Of a stretch of DNA of 36,810 nucleotides, positions 23,607 through 33,478 are shown one piece after another. Numbering within the stretch: the stretch's first letter is position 1; each line of letters opens with the position of its first letter. The notes under the pieces are model-generated. The model worked only from the letters and a program-made list of their open reading frames with translations. It had not been told where the DNA came from and searched no databases. Source of the stretch: a virus; the IMG/VR virus record IMGVR_UViG_3300022214_000003; one strand, 5' to 3'. The position numbers and the translations under genes were made by a program.

Positions 23607-24329
23607 ATGCGGATGATTGGCGCCACAGAGCGGGCGCGGCTTGAACTCTTTACCCCTGTCCTTTTGGTGGCAAATGATGAGGCATTGCCACATGAGTATG
23701 ATGGGGCTACTTTCACCTATACCAGGCTGGCTATGCCGGAGATTATCGCCCTCAACAAGGCGGCTTCCCCGCAGCGCAATGGCGCTTCACGTAGCGAGCG
23801 CCTGCGCGATCTGCAGATTCAGGCGGCGATCCGCTCCTATGATGGCCTGGAGGATGAACACGGCGTCAAGGTGCCACCGGCTGCCAAGCTGGGGCTCGAT
23901 TGGATTGAGCGCTTTCCGCCTCTCTTCAAGTCGGGCCTAGTGACCAAGTTGCGCCCGTGCTGGCCGCTGTCTGTAGGACGCGATGACTTGCGCCCTGCCG
24001 TGTTCACGTATAGGCGTGCGCTTTCCAGTACCTTGGAGCGGCTACGCTCAATGGCGATGTCTAAGGGCCTGATCGACGATGACGCTTACGTGCTGGCTGT
24101 AATCCGTGAGCATGTCTATGGCTGGGAGCAAGGAGTGTATGCGCCGCAGGACGCCGGGCTTGTTGAGGCGCCTTACGGTGAGGGCTTGCTAGAGCGCTTG
24201 CCGATTGACGCTATGCAAGAGCTTTTCGCCAGGATTATTGGCCCTAGCATCGATCTTGAGTCCGACCTAAAAAACTCGACAGCGCCTTTCGATGCCTTGC
24301 CAAGTACGGCGGCTCACGAGCTTGTGTAG
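23607..24329 (+). CDS. Tail assembly chaperone (lambda G-like, zero-frame product)
   Basis: It lies directly upstream of the tape measure and contains a slippery heptamer near its 3' end. Confidence 0.6.
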   Translation: MRMIGATERARLELFTPVLLVANDEALPHEYDGATFTYTRLAMPEIIALNKAASPQRNGASRSERLRDLQIQAAIRSYDGLEDEHGVKVPPAAKLGLDWIERFPPLFKSGLVTKLRPCWPLSVGRDDLRPAVFTYRRALSSTLERLRSMAMSKGLIDDDAYVLAVIREHVYGWEQGVYAPQDAGLVEAPYGEGLLERLPIDAMQELFARIIGPSIDLESDLKNSTAPFDALPSTAAHELV

Positions 24330-24625
24330 GCTGTCGGGAGGCGCACAGCAAGCGGGCGCAAGTCGTCCCATGTGAGACTGACAAGGGCTGTCCTTATAGT
24401 CCCTCGCCAGGGGGCGAAGGACAAGTGGATGAGCGCAACGTGTATGCCTGGTGGGTATGGCAACGGGTGGAGCGACTAGGGAGTAGCGTTTTGTCCCATA
24501 TTGATATGCCAGACGATCCCATCGAGCGTGAGCATCTACTGACCAAGCTGGCCGTGCTGACGGCAAAGGCTGAGACGCACAGAGCCGAGGCACAAGCCGA
24601 AGCACTAAAGGGGCGCCATGGCTGA
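23607..24625 (+). CDS. Tail assembly chaperone, -1 frameshift fusion product (lambda G-T-like, about 339 aa)
   Basis: Codons 1-223 are in frame 0 up to 24275, followed by 116 codons in the -1 frame. These end 8 nt inside the tape-measure gene start. Confidence 0.5.
24269..24275 (+). promoter_or_regulatory. -1 programmed ribosomal frameshift slippery site A_AAA_AAC
   Basis: The zero frame reads CTA AAA AAC (L K N). The -1 frame is open from 24260 to 24625. Confidence 0.6.
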
Positions 24626-27600
24626 GACCGTATCTTTTGCCGTAGACTTTGAGACGAAAACAGCCACCAGTGATGTGCAGGAGTTTGCCCGCGCCACAGA
24701 CGTGGCTTTTGCTACGGTGGAATCGTCGTCCACTGAAGATTTAGGCGCCGTGCAGACGCGGATGAACGTGTTGTCTCTGGCATTCGAGGGGGCCAGCCAG
24801 CGCATCGAGAGCGCCCTGCGCGATGTCATCCGCCAGCAAGGGCAACTTGACGACAGCACACGCCGCAACCAGGGCAGCACGGAGGGCTGGGGCATCAAGG
24901 TGCTGGCCCTTAAAGAGATCTTCTCCACCGCCGCAGAAGCCGTGGGACTCCTGGTGCGGGCTGGCGACCAACTCATCAGGGGTACAACTGAGCAGGTTGT
25001 GCAGACCGACAACTATGCGCGTGCTCTGGGCATCTCGACGCAGAGCCTACAGGGCTATCAGTTCGCTATCCAGCGGGCAGGCGGTGACACGGATGCGCTA
25101 CGCGAAGCCATGCGGACAGCGCAGGAGGCCACAGCCGAGTTTGTCAACGCTGGCTCCGGGCCTGCGGTCGAAGCGTTTCAGATTCTTGGCGTACAGCTTA
25201 CTGATGCCAGCGGGCGTGTGCGGGAGATTGACCAACTCTTCCCTGATCTAGTGCGGTCCCTTGGCAGTGTGAGTGATGAGGCAGAGCGGACCCGCCTGGC
25301 TATCCAACTTTTTGGCGAAGAGGACAGCGTTGTTATTGCCTCGTTGGCGAAAAACCCGGAAGCATTCGACCAGGCACGGGCCGCCGCAGAGCGCTACGGT
25401 GTGACTGTCAGCCAAGACCTAGTTGAGCAATCGCGGCAGTTTCAATCGGGTTTAACCGATGCGCTGGGGGCTCTCCAGGGCCTTGGCAATGAGATCGTTG
25501 AGGCGTTGCTGCCCTCGATCAACGCCCTCCTGCCACAGTTTGCCGAGTGGGTTGCCTCGCTGCGTGAGAGCGATACCGTACAGCAACAGATTATCCCTAC
25601 CCTTGAGACGATCATTGGCTACCTGGGTAACATTGGCACCGCCGTGGAGACGCTGCAGCAACTCTGGCGCGGCCTCAACATTGCGTTTAACCTGGTGGTA
25701 TCGGGCATCCTGGAGGGTGTCGGGTTTATCCTGCAAGGGCTTGGCACGGTGCTTGACGCTGCAGCCAGGGCGGCAGACTTCCTTGGCTTTGAGGGGGTCG
25801 CGGCCAAGGTGCGCAGCGCTGCGCAGGCTGTGAACGAGGTGGGGCAGGAAGCCGACATGCTGGGAGATGCGGCAGCCGAGACAGCCGCAGAGTGGAGCCT
25901 GGCCTTTGAGCGTGCAAACAATAGCACGCAGCAATCCAAGGCCGCCGTGCAGCAGACCACGACCGCCCAGCAAGAGTTGCAACGACAGGCTGCCACGACA
26001 GGCCAGGCCGTGGTAGCGAGCACCCAGCAAGTCACGACCGCACAGCAGCAAGCTCAGGCTGCCACCATCGAACTAAATCGGGCCTACCAGGCGCTGGGCA
26101 TCCAGGGCTCAGACCAACTCAAACTCCTGGCCGACCGCGCCATACAGAACTTTAACCGCATCGAGCAAAGTGGCAAAGAGACGCCAGAGCGCATCCAGCA
26201 AATCTGGGAGCAACAGGTTGTTCCCAAGATCATTGCGGCGTATGGCAAGATCCCGCCAGAGATGGAGCGTATTAACACCGGGGCAGTCAGCGGTCTTGAT
26301 AAGCTGCTTGCCGATCTCGGCATCAAAACGCGGCAGGAGCTAGAGAGCAGCACCGCGACGGCGCGCCAGCAATTGCAACAGATCGTCAGCATCTATGGCA
26401 CGAGCAGCGTTGAAGCGCAGCAGGCGGTAGAGGCCCTGGGCGATAAGGTGGTAGGCGTGCATGGAGAGTTGCCACCAAACATCCAGCGGATCATGGATCA
26501 GGTGAGGCAGGCACACGAAGGGAGTGCCGAGGGTTCTGCATCTGCGCATGAGGATGCCGCAAACCGGATCGGGGATGCGTACCAGCAGGCTGCTATCTCA
26601 GCACGCAATAGCGCAGGGATTATGGCTGCAGGCTGGGGGGAGGTGGAGGGCTCGCTACGCTCCCTGCCAACTACGCTTGAGGGACTGATCGATCTGCAGC
26701 GGACGCTCCAGCGAGAGGCGTTAGAAGCCAACCGAGACCGCAGCGTTTTCGCGGTGGGGCTCGATGAGTTTTACCGCAAGCAAATCGAACAGGTAAACGA
26801 TTTAATCCACGCCAAGCGGGACGAAATGAACGCTAATGGCGAGGTCAGTGAATCGCTACAATCGCTCAATGACCGCATCAATCAGTGGCGCATTGCCTCA
26901 TTGCAGGGTGAGGAGCAGACCCTCCAGACAACGGCAGCCGTACAGGGGCTCAACACGGCCATCACTACCGGGGCAGATGGCATTGCCATGCTGGCTGATG
27001 CCACCATGGCGGCGACGGAGCCAGTCAGAGTGCTGGCGCGCGGGATAGGGGGGCTCGCTCCTGCGATCCATCAGACTGAGACAGCAGCAGAGCATTTAGA
27101 AGGACGTTTATCTGAGGCATTCGCCGTGCTTGGTGTTCAGTCCACAGAAACTTTGAGAACTATGGCAGTAGAGGCCATCCGCGCATTCCAGATAGTGGCA
27201 TCCAGCGGCGTGGAGTCCGGGGAGACGCTTGCTATCATTTGGGCCGAACAAGTTGTCCCTGCCATCATTGAGGGCTACGGCGAACTTCCTCCAGCGTTCG
27301 AGCAGATCAACGACATCGTTTTAAGAGGGGCTAACAATACTTTCACTCTTGTCAAAGATGTGTTAGCCAGGAATCTGAGCGATATGCAGGACGCCTTAGG
27401 GATAGGGGGAGAGGCCGCGATATATTTTGCGGACACCTTGGAAGGGGCAGCCACAGCGACCCGTGTGCTTACCAATGAACTTGACCTGCTGAACAGTGAA
27501 GGCGAAGTCGTCGAGGCCGTAAGCACCAGGGTGGCCCGCAGCGTTGGGGGGATTGGCCAAAGCGCTCGTGATGCGCTTGATGATGTTGCGGCCCTACGGC

Positions 27601-27869
27601 GGGAGCTTATAGACCTTAGCAATGGCCGTATTGGGGGGAATGTGGGCAATGAGTTGCCCAGCCTGGCCCCAGGGCCAACGCCGGGAGGCATCCCGACCAG
27701 TGGACGCCCAGGTCGAGCGCTTACCCCAGGGCCAACAAGTTCAACGTTCCTCTCAGTCGGGCAACTGACTATCCAGTCGCGCGCGGACGAACGATCCGTG
27801 ACTAGCCGCACGGTGGTCGAGGCGTTAAACGAGGCTGCCCGGCGCGGCATCGTGTTGCCTAACAGGTAG
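24618..27869 (+). CDS. Tape measure protein
   Basis: It is 1083 aa and Ala/Gln/Glu-rich helical. Three internal repeats contain YG(K/E)(I/L)PP...(R/Q)I. Position supports the call. Confidence 0.8.
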   Translation: MAETVSFAVDFETKTATSDVQEFARATDVAFATVESSSTEDLGAVQTRMNVLSLAFEGASQRIESALRDVIRQQGQLDDSTRRNQGSTEGWGIKVLALKEIFSTAAEAVGLLVRAGDQLIRGTTEQVVQTDNYARALGISTQSLQGYQFAIQRAGGDTDALREAMRTAQEATAEFVNAGSGPAVEAFQILGVQLTDASGRVREIDQLFPDLVRSLGSVSDEAERTRLAIQLFGEEDSVVIASLAKNPEAFDQARAAAERYGVTVSQDLVEQSRQFQSGLTDALGALQGLGNEIVEALLPSINALLPQFAEWVASLRESDTVQQQIIPTLETIIGYLGNIGTAVETLQQLWRGLNIAFNLVVSGILEGVGFILQGLGTVLDAAARAADFLGFEGVAAKVRSAAQAVNEVGQEADMLGDAAAETAAEWSLAFERANNSTQQSKAAVQQTTTAQQELQRQAATTGQAVVASTQQVTTAQQQAQAATIELNRAYQALGIQGSDQLKLLADRAIQNFNRIEQSGKETPERIQQIWEQQVVPKIIAAYGKIPPEMERINTGAVSGLDKLLADLGIKTRQELESSTATARQQLQQIVSIYGTSSVEAQQAVEALGDKVVGVHGELPPNIQRIMDQVRQAHEGSAEGSASAHEDAANRIGDAYQQAAISARNSAGIMAAGWGEVEGSLRSLPTTLEGLIDLQRTLQREALEANRDRSVFAVGLDEFYRKQIEQVNDLIHAKRDEMNANGEVSESLQSLNDRINQWRIASLQGEEQTLQTTAAVQGLNTAITTGADGIAMLADATMAATEPVRVLARGIGGLAPAIHQTETAAEHLEGRLSEAFAVLGVQSTETLRTMAVEAIRAFQIVASSGVESGETLAIIWAEQVVPAIIEGYGELPPAFEQINDIVLRGANNTFTLVKDVLARNLSDMQDALGIGGEAAIYFADTLEGAATATRVLTNELDLLNSEGEVVEAVSTRVARSVGGIGQSARDALDDVAALRRELIDLSNGRIGGNVGNELPSLAPGPTPGGIPTSGRPGRALTPGPTSSTFLSVGQLTIQSRADERSVTSRTVVEALNEAARRGIVLPNR

Positions 27870-27875
27870 GGGGCC

Positions 27876-29021
27876 ATGAGCGGATTTATTACACACCACG
27901 GGTTGCGGCTGGAGGGGCCATTACAAGCTGCTGTCTGGCCAGGGACGCCAAAGGCCATCACCCAGCGCTTGCCGTGGATTAGTGCTGAAGTCACGCTAGG
28001 GCGTGAGTTCCGTGCCCGTGAGGTGTTCGGGATAGGGGAGAGCCTGACGCGGCATACCCCTACGCTTCGGCAGGCGGCCATGCGGATCACGTACCCCGTG
28101 CTCTATGATGGCCTCGAAGCCGTGTGGGCCATGTGTCTGGGCGCCCAGGCCAAGCGGCTCGATGATGTCCTGCAACCAGAAGAAGTTGACCCGGGTGTGT
28201 ACTCGCATGCTTGGGAATGGCAGGAGGAAACTACCCGCACCCCAGCGAGGTACGACGATGGCTGGCACTACGGCGACGCGGGGCTGCTCTACAGCCAGCA
28301 ATACCTACGCCGCGCTACGGTGGTCCTAGCCACTATCGAGGGGGTGTTTGAGCTGGTATCGGCTTACGTTGTAGCATGGAGTGCGCAGGGCGGGCGCGGG
28401 GAAGCTCTACTTGAGGTGGAGTATCGCGGCGCTATCTTGGAGACTGACGCGACGACCAATACCCTTGCAGGGCTCCAGGCATTGGCTATGCCGCTCACGG
28501 ATGCCGTTGAGTCGCATCTGGTCGAGACGCGGATGGGGCTTTACAACAGCGGGGTTGCACTCGATACAGACGATGCGGTGACGGCTCTATCCTGGCAGAT
28601 CACTTGCAGCAGACAAGGCAGCGAACGGCAAAGCCTCAGCACTGGCCTGCTGCTTGAGCCGCCTCATGCGGCCACGGCGGCTGAAATTACCGCCACCATA
28701 ACCCTCGATCATGACACCACGCTGCATGCTCTGCTTAGTAGCCAACAGGCTGGGGCCTCTCCTTACGCCTTGCAATGGATAGCCGTGGGCGAGACGCTTG
28801 CGCCAGGGTACAGCCAGCGCTGGGAATGTATCATCCCTTACGCGATCCTGGAGCGTCCAGCGCCATCCCTCTCGCAAGGGATACCACAAGTCACCCTATC
28901 CTGGATAGCAGAGCTATCGCCAGAGATCCCGGCCTGGCTGGGGAGCACCAGCCGCCATGGCCGCATCCGCATCAATGGCACCAACAGCACGCCCACTCAT
29001 GGGCTATATGGAGGGCTCTAG
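27876..29021 (+). CDS. Candidate distal tail protein
   Basis: The call rests on position immediately after the tape measure. Confidence 0.4.
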   Translation: MSGFITHHGLRLEGPLQAAVWPGTPKAITQRLPWISAEVTLGREFRAREVFGIGESLTRHTPTLRQAAMRITYPVLYDGLEAVWAMCLGAQAKRLDDVLQPEEVDPGVYSHAWEWQEETTRTPARYDDGWHYGDAGLLYSQQYLRRATVVLATIEGVFELVSAYVVAWSAQGGRGEALLEVEYRGAILETDATTNTLAGLQALAMPLTDAVESHLVETRMGLYNSGVALDTDDAVTALSWQITCSRQGSERQSLSTGLLLEPPHAATAAEITATITLDHDTTLHALLSSQQAGASPYALQWIAVGETLAPGYSQRWECIIPYAILERPAPSLSQGIPQVTLSWIAELSPEIPAWLGSTSRHGRIRINGTNSTPTHGLYGGL

Positions 29022-29022
29022 C

Positions 29023-29421
29023 ATGGCCACCCCGTCTCCTTTTGCGCCATTTACCAATGTCCCCGTAGCGCTGGCGTCCGTCCGCAGGCTCACGCATGCA
29101 GGGCTCAAGAGCGATGTCAAACGCATCTGGGGGACGGTGGCCTACACCGGGGCCGTCTGGGCGTGGGATACCTCCCTGAGCTACAACGAACTCGATGCGG
29201 CGGGCGTCGTGTTTACCACGGATCACATTGACGTGACGGTGAGTGGCTACACAGAGATACCCTCTGTGCAGGCGACCCCTGCCAGCGCCTCAGCCTATAT
29301 TGCCAAGGCCAAGGGCATCAGCAACACGGTTGTGCGCGTGTGGTTTGTCGATGCGGCGGGAGCACTGGTCACGACGCCTGACACGAACATGGTGGTGACG
29401 CTTGCGGTAGAGGGGGCCTGA
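29023..29421 (+). CDS. Minor tail protein (hypothetical)
   Basis: The ATG at 29023 follows GGAGGG. The track ORF starts earlier, at 28957. Confidence 0.4.
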   Translation: MATPSPFAPFTNVPVALASVRRLTHAGLKSDVKRIWGTVAYTGAVWAWDTSLSYNELDAAGVVFTTDHIDVTVSGYTEIPSVQATPASASAYIAKAKGISNTVVRVWFVDAAGALVTTPDTNMVVTLAVEGA

Positions 29422-29422
29422 G

Positions 29423-29803
29423 ATGGCCTATCCCACATTCTCGCATCCTGGGGTGCCGTTTACGGTCGAGTTTGATACGGGCGTGCTCTCGCCGATGACC
29501 ATCGAGCTTGAAACCAACCAGTCATTTCAACTCTCAGACGACCAGGCCGGGGTGTATGTCTACACCTATGCTGTACCGATGGAGGTGTGGACGCTCCCCT
29601 TTGCCGATGTGCCGACCGCAGATCGTGACCTGATGGTGGCCTTTTTTGGGCACGCCGCCGTCCACTGGCAAGAGAACACGTTTACATTCACGGATGAGTT
29701 ATCACAGGACCACACCATGCAACTGCTCGATAGCCGTATCCAGTTCCAGCATGCGGCTGCTGGGCTGTGGTCCTGGGCTTTGCGACTCTGGAGGCGCGGA
29801 TAG
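29423..29803 (+). CDS. Minor tail protein (lambda gpM-like pattern, tentative)
   Basis: Position supports the call, and the loose pattern ..FF(G)H....F.F.D is present. Confidence 0.35.
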   Translation: MAYPTFSHPGVPFTVEFDTGVLSPMTIELETNQSFQLSDDQAGVYVYTYAVPMEVWTLPFADVPTADRDLMVAFFGHAAVHWQENTFTFTDELSQDHTMQLLDSRIQFQHAAAGLWSWALRLWRRG

Positions 29804-32763
29804 TGTACGCAATCCCGCAGGCATGGTATGACGCGCACGATGGTCCTGGCAAGCAACTGCTTTGCGTGGTGGAGTTCCTGGGGCGTAACATCCATGTCAG
29901 CAACGTGGCCTGGGGGCAGGGCCAGCCGTGGGTGTACGATGCAGGGGCCTACTACGACTCTGACCTGCTCTATGGCGAGGGGCATGCACCCACAGAATCT
30001 ATCCTGCTGTCGCTACGAGGTGGCAGCGTCGAGGGCCTGGAGGTGACGCTGGACTCCTACTCAGGGCTGGCCCAGGTAGCCCAGGTAACGCTGACCATGA
30101 GCAACACGACAGGCGTTGCCGCGCGGCTGGGGAGCGGGGCGGTCAAAAGCTCGGTCCGTATTCTCTTCGGCGTCGGCGGAGTGCTGGGGCATCTGGAACT
30201 TTTGCCGTTGTTCTTTGGGCACATCGAGAGCATCCGGGCCGACTCCCGCACTTGCGTTGTTGATGTCGTGCCGGGGGCATTCGCCTGGCACCATGATCTC
30301 TCGCTCCGTGTGGATCGTGAGACCTTCCCCAACGCGCCGGATGACTCACAAGGGCAAGTCATTCCCATCACCATTGGCAATGCTAGCAACGTGCAAGCCA
30401 TAGCCATCACCAGCACCGTCGCAGGGACGCTGGCCATAGCTGCGGCGGCAGGCGGCACGGTGGTGCATCTGGCCGAGATCGACGCGGGCTTCCCGGCCTC
30501 CGGTGAGATCGTTATTGCTGCGACAACCTACACCTATACGCGCAAGGTCATTACCTACTACAACGACCGTGACGTGCTGTCTCTCTCTGGCTTGAGTCCG
30601 GTCCTGGCTGCGTCCTACATTGTGGGAACGGTGGTAACGCATACCCCTGCTACCTGGCGCTACGCACTGGGGACAGCGGCCATTGTGCGGGCCGTAAAGC
30701 GGGATGGAGCATTGCTGGACCCTGTAGACTACACCGTTGACACGCTGACCGTGAACCAGATCCCTGTGACGCGGGTGAGCATGGCGACTCCTGGCATTAT
30801 CACGGCGGACCTTGCAGGGGCTTACCTACCACAAGAGTCGATTAACCTGGTCAACCCAGGGTTTGAAACCGGCGATACTACCGGCTGGACGATTGTTTCT
30901 GGGACGCTGGACGTTACGACAGGGGAAACGCCTAGCCCTGGGAGTGTGTACAAAGGCGAACTAACAGGCGGCGTTATCCGTCAGACGCTTAACGTGCCAG
31001 GGGGACGGCAAATATGGCTATCGGTTGCGGCCAGAGAGCAGTTTGCTGTGGCAGGAAACGTCCTGAGCCCTACAGGCTGGACTCTCACCTATCAAGCGGA
31101 GAGCACGCCCGCCTTAGATGTAGACTATGGAGCATCAAATGAGCTAGGGCCATGGACTGTTCAAAACCCTGAAGAGTTTATTGGGGCTGGAGAAACAGTA
31201 TGGTATCGGACTATTCATGAACAAGCGTTTACAGTGACGCCTAGCGCAACGTATGTCTTGCGGGCGGGGTTTTTTGAATGGGGGTTAGCAGCTGGGCGTT
31301 TCGTACCAGGGGCAGGGTATACGCCTGTATCACGGGTAACAGAACGCCTAACTATTATCCGGGCCAGTGACGGGGAAATTATACTGAGCGTTCTCGATCC
31401 AATAGTCTTTTTCGTCAATCAAACATTTATTCCGACCGAGACAGACTATATACTAAGGGCTGAAGTCTATAGCTATGGCATAGACTTTCCGCCTTTGAAC
31501 GTTGATGTCATACATCTCACCATAATGTTGCTTGACGCAACTGGCTTTACTACTTTTGCCATCCGCGTGCGCCGCCCAGACCTCAGTGCGTACACGCTCA
31601 CGACGCTCCCTGGGCTTACTGTCCCTGGCACCCCATGGGGCATCCATGTCTATTCTACGATGACGGACGCCGAGGAATCTCAAGCCATCCTGGAAATAGA
31701 GGCAACGCACGACAACCCTGCGATCCCTCTCCCTGTATGGTTTGACGATATTGTTGTGGGTGTTGAGCGCATGCGGCTCCCTGACGCTCCCCTGGGGCCG
31801 GTCGACGCCATCCGGCAAATCATCGAGGCATACGTGCCAGGGTTGCGGATCAATGATGCGCGATTCTCCGCAATGATTCCGCAGCGCTCGCAGTGGTTCT
31901 GCGGTGGGCAATGGCGCAACCCTGGCGACTCCCGCGCCCTCCTGACACATCTGGCCGACCAATTTGCCATGCGCCTGTTCGAGGATGGCGCAGGGCGGGC
32001 CACCCTGGCCCCCATCGTAGGTCAGGCATTGCCTGGGGATGCGGTGGCGGCCTTGGACAGGAGCAACGCCCGTGACTGGCAAATCAGCGACATCGACCGC
32101 TCTCTGCTCTCTACCGACATCTACCTGTACTATGGCCTGCGCCAAGGTGCAGACGAGGACGAGCCGCGCAACTATGGGGGCTTCCTGTTCGCCACCCCGG
32201 AGGCCAGCAACGCGGGGGGGATTTTCCGCTACCTGTGCGATCAGGCTGCCAGGACTTACGGCATGCGCCAGGTGAGGACATACTTTGCCCAGGCGATTTA
32301 CGACCAGGCCACAGCAGCGTTGAAGCTGGCTGACTTGGTAATCCGCCACACGACGCCTACGCGACGGGTCCAGTGCGCTGTCTTAAACCTGCGCCAGGCA
32401 CCCCTGGAGATTGGCGACATTATCACGGTCGAGCACCCGGAACTCCCAGACGGGCCATTTTATGCTGAGGTGTTGCGGGTGGCTCCCGATCTCTCCCTGC
32501 CAGCGATCGAGGTGGCATGCGAGTTGAAAAACTCGACAGCCGACACCAACGAATGGGAGCCGGTGGTATTCCTCGATCTATTCCTGCCTGATGATAACGA
32601 ATGGGATAGCGGGATTGACAGTATCGGCCTGACTGCCAGTGACAACGAATGGGAGCCGCGTGAGTTCGCGGTGGTGGGGACCGATGACCACGAATGGAAC
32701 CCCAGGACATTTACCGATGGCACACCCGATGACCATGACTGGGAAACCGGGCCAGCATTCTAA
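29803..32763 (+). CDS. Large tail-tip/fibre protein with internal CBM4/9-like domain and C-terminal Trp-acidic repeats
   Basis: The GTG at 29803 overlaps the upstream TAG and has GGAGG 8 nt upstream; an alternative GTG lies at 29767. NPGFETGDTTGWT resembles the N-terminus of a CBM4_9 domain. Confidence 0.6.
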   Translation: MYAIPQAWYDAHDGPGKQLLCVVEFLGRNIHVSNVAWGQGQPWVYDAGAYYDSDLLYGEGHAPTESILLSLRGGSVEGLEVTLDSYSGLAQVAQVTLTMSNTTGVAARLGSGAVKSSVRILFGVGGVLGHLELLPLFFGHIESIRADSRTCVVDVVPGAFAWHHDLSLRVDRETFPNAPDDSQGQVIPITIGNASNVQAIAITSTVAGTLAIAAAAGGTVVHLAEIDAGFPASGEIVIAATTYTYTRKVITYYNDRDVLSLSGLSPVLAASYIVGTVVTHTPATWRYALGTAAIVRAVKRDGALLDPVDYTVDTLTVNQIPVTRVSMATPGIITADLAGAYLPQESINLVNPGFETGDTTGWTIVSGTLDVTTGETPSPGSVYKGELTGGVIRQTLNVPGGRQIWLSVAAREQFAVAGNVLSPTGWTLTYQAESTPALDVDYGASNELGPWTVQNPEEFIGAGETVWYRTIHEQAFTVTPSATYVLRAGFFEWGLAAGRFVPGAGYTPVSRVTERLTIIRASDGEIILSVLDPIVFFVNQTFIPTETDYILRAEVYSYGIDFPPLNVDVIHLTIMLLDATGFTTFAIRVRRPDLSAYTLTTLPGLTVPGTPWGIHVYSTMTDAEESQAILEIEATHDNPAIPLPVWFDDIVVGVERMRLPDAPLGPVDAIRQIIEAYVPGLRINDARFSAMIPQRSQWFCGGQWRNPGDSRALLTHLADQFAMRLFEDGAGRATLAPIVGQALPGDAVAALDRSNARDWQISDIDRSLLSTDIYLYYGLRQGADEDEPRNYGGFLFATPEASNAGGIFRYLCDQAARTYGMRQVRTYFAQAIYDQATAALKLADLVIRHTTPTRRVQCAVLNLRQAPLEIGDIITVEHPELPDGPFYAEVLRVAPDLSLPAIEVACELKNSTADTNEWEPVVFLDLFLPDDNEWDSGIDSIGLTASDNEWEPREFAVVGTDDHEWNPRTFTDGTPDDHDWETGPAF

Positions 32764-32774
32764 GGGAGGGCACT

Positions 32775-33458
32775 ATGGCCTTACGCTTCACGCACAACGG
32801 GTATAGTGTCTATACCCACAACACCAGCTTCAACATTGGCGTGACGACAGACGTCTCGCTGGTTATCAACGGCTCCGGCAGTCTGCGCTGCGGCAACCCT
32901 ACGTTTTCGACCAGTTACGCCAATGTGGTAAAGGACGCCACCCCTAACCACCAAATGCAAAGTGGCTTTCTGCGGGCACGGTGGCGCTATACAGACGCCG
33001 CTTACACCAGCATGGACGCTTATCTATTCCTCATATTTCATCAGTCTATAGCGGACATTACAGGCGCATCTGGGAGCTTCAAAGCTGTGGCGTTGCGGTT
33101 GACTGGCACGCAATTGCAATTGATGATTTGCAGCGGCGCAGCAGGGCTCCAGGGCACGATTACCTCACATCAAACGACCGCCCTAGAGGCTATCTCCGGG
33201 GGCTCAATTTACACTACTGCAGCAGAGTTTTTGTATGATGCCTCGTTCGGCGGTACGCAGGTGCGGGCCTGGAAGAATAACAGCAGCACGTTGCCGGATC
33301 GCACTGTGGACCCGCATCAATTGGTGCATGTGTTCACCGGAGGGGCGCCGGGGGCTCTTTCCTGCGGGGAGGCATTCCGCAACACCAAAGTCACGGGGGC
33401 GGATAATATTAAAATGATCGCTGATACGATCCGCAGGCAGGAGCTTACCGCAGCATAG
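32775..33458 (+). CDS. Tail-associated beta-sandwich (ConA/LamG-like?) protein
   Basis: Position follows the fibre gene. The fold guess is from composition only. Confidence 0.3.
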   Translation: MALRFTHNGYSVYTHNTSFNIGVTTDVSLVINGSGSLRCGNPTFSTSYANVVKDATPNHQMQSGFLRARWRYTDAAYTSMDAYLFLIFHQSIADITGASGSFKAVALRLTGTQLQLMICSGAAGLQGTITSHQTTALEAISGGSIYTTAAEFLYDASFGGTQVRAWKNNSSTLPDRTVDPHQLVHVFTGGAPGALSCGEAFRNTKVTGADNIKMIADTIRRQELTAA

Positions 33459-33478
33459 CGCAGCATGGGGGGAGCGTT

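Noticed and set aside
24425-24625. A stand-alone 66-aa gene with a GTG start between the chaperone and the tape measure
   Set aside because: It has no SD. The same frame is open back to 24260 and overlaps a slippery heptamer in the upstream gene, so it is better explained as the -1 frameshift extension.
27275-28090. A 271-aa antisense ORF across the tape-measure/distal-tail junction. Similar antisense ORFs lie at 31453-32349, 25452-26051, 15454-16125 and 2685-3347.
   Set aside because: All lie opposite well-supported genes, have Arg/Pro/Ser/Gly-biased low-complexity composition and lack SD sequences. I interpret them as GC-driven shadow ORFs.
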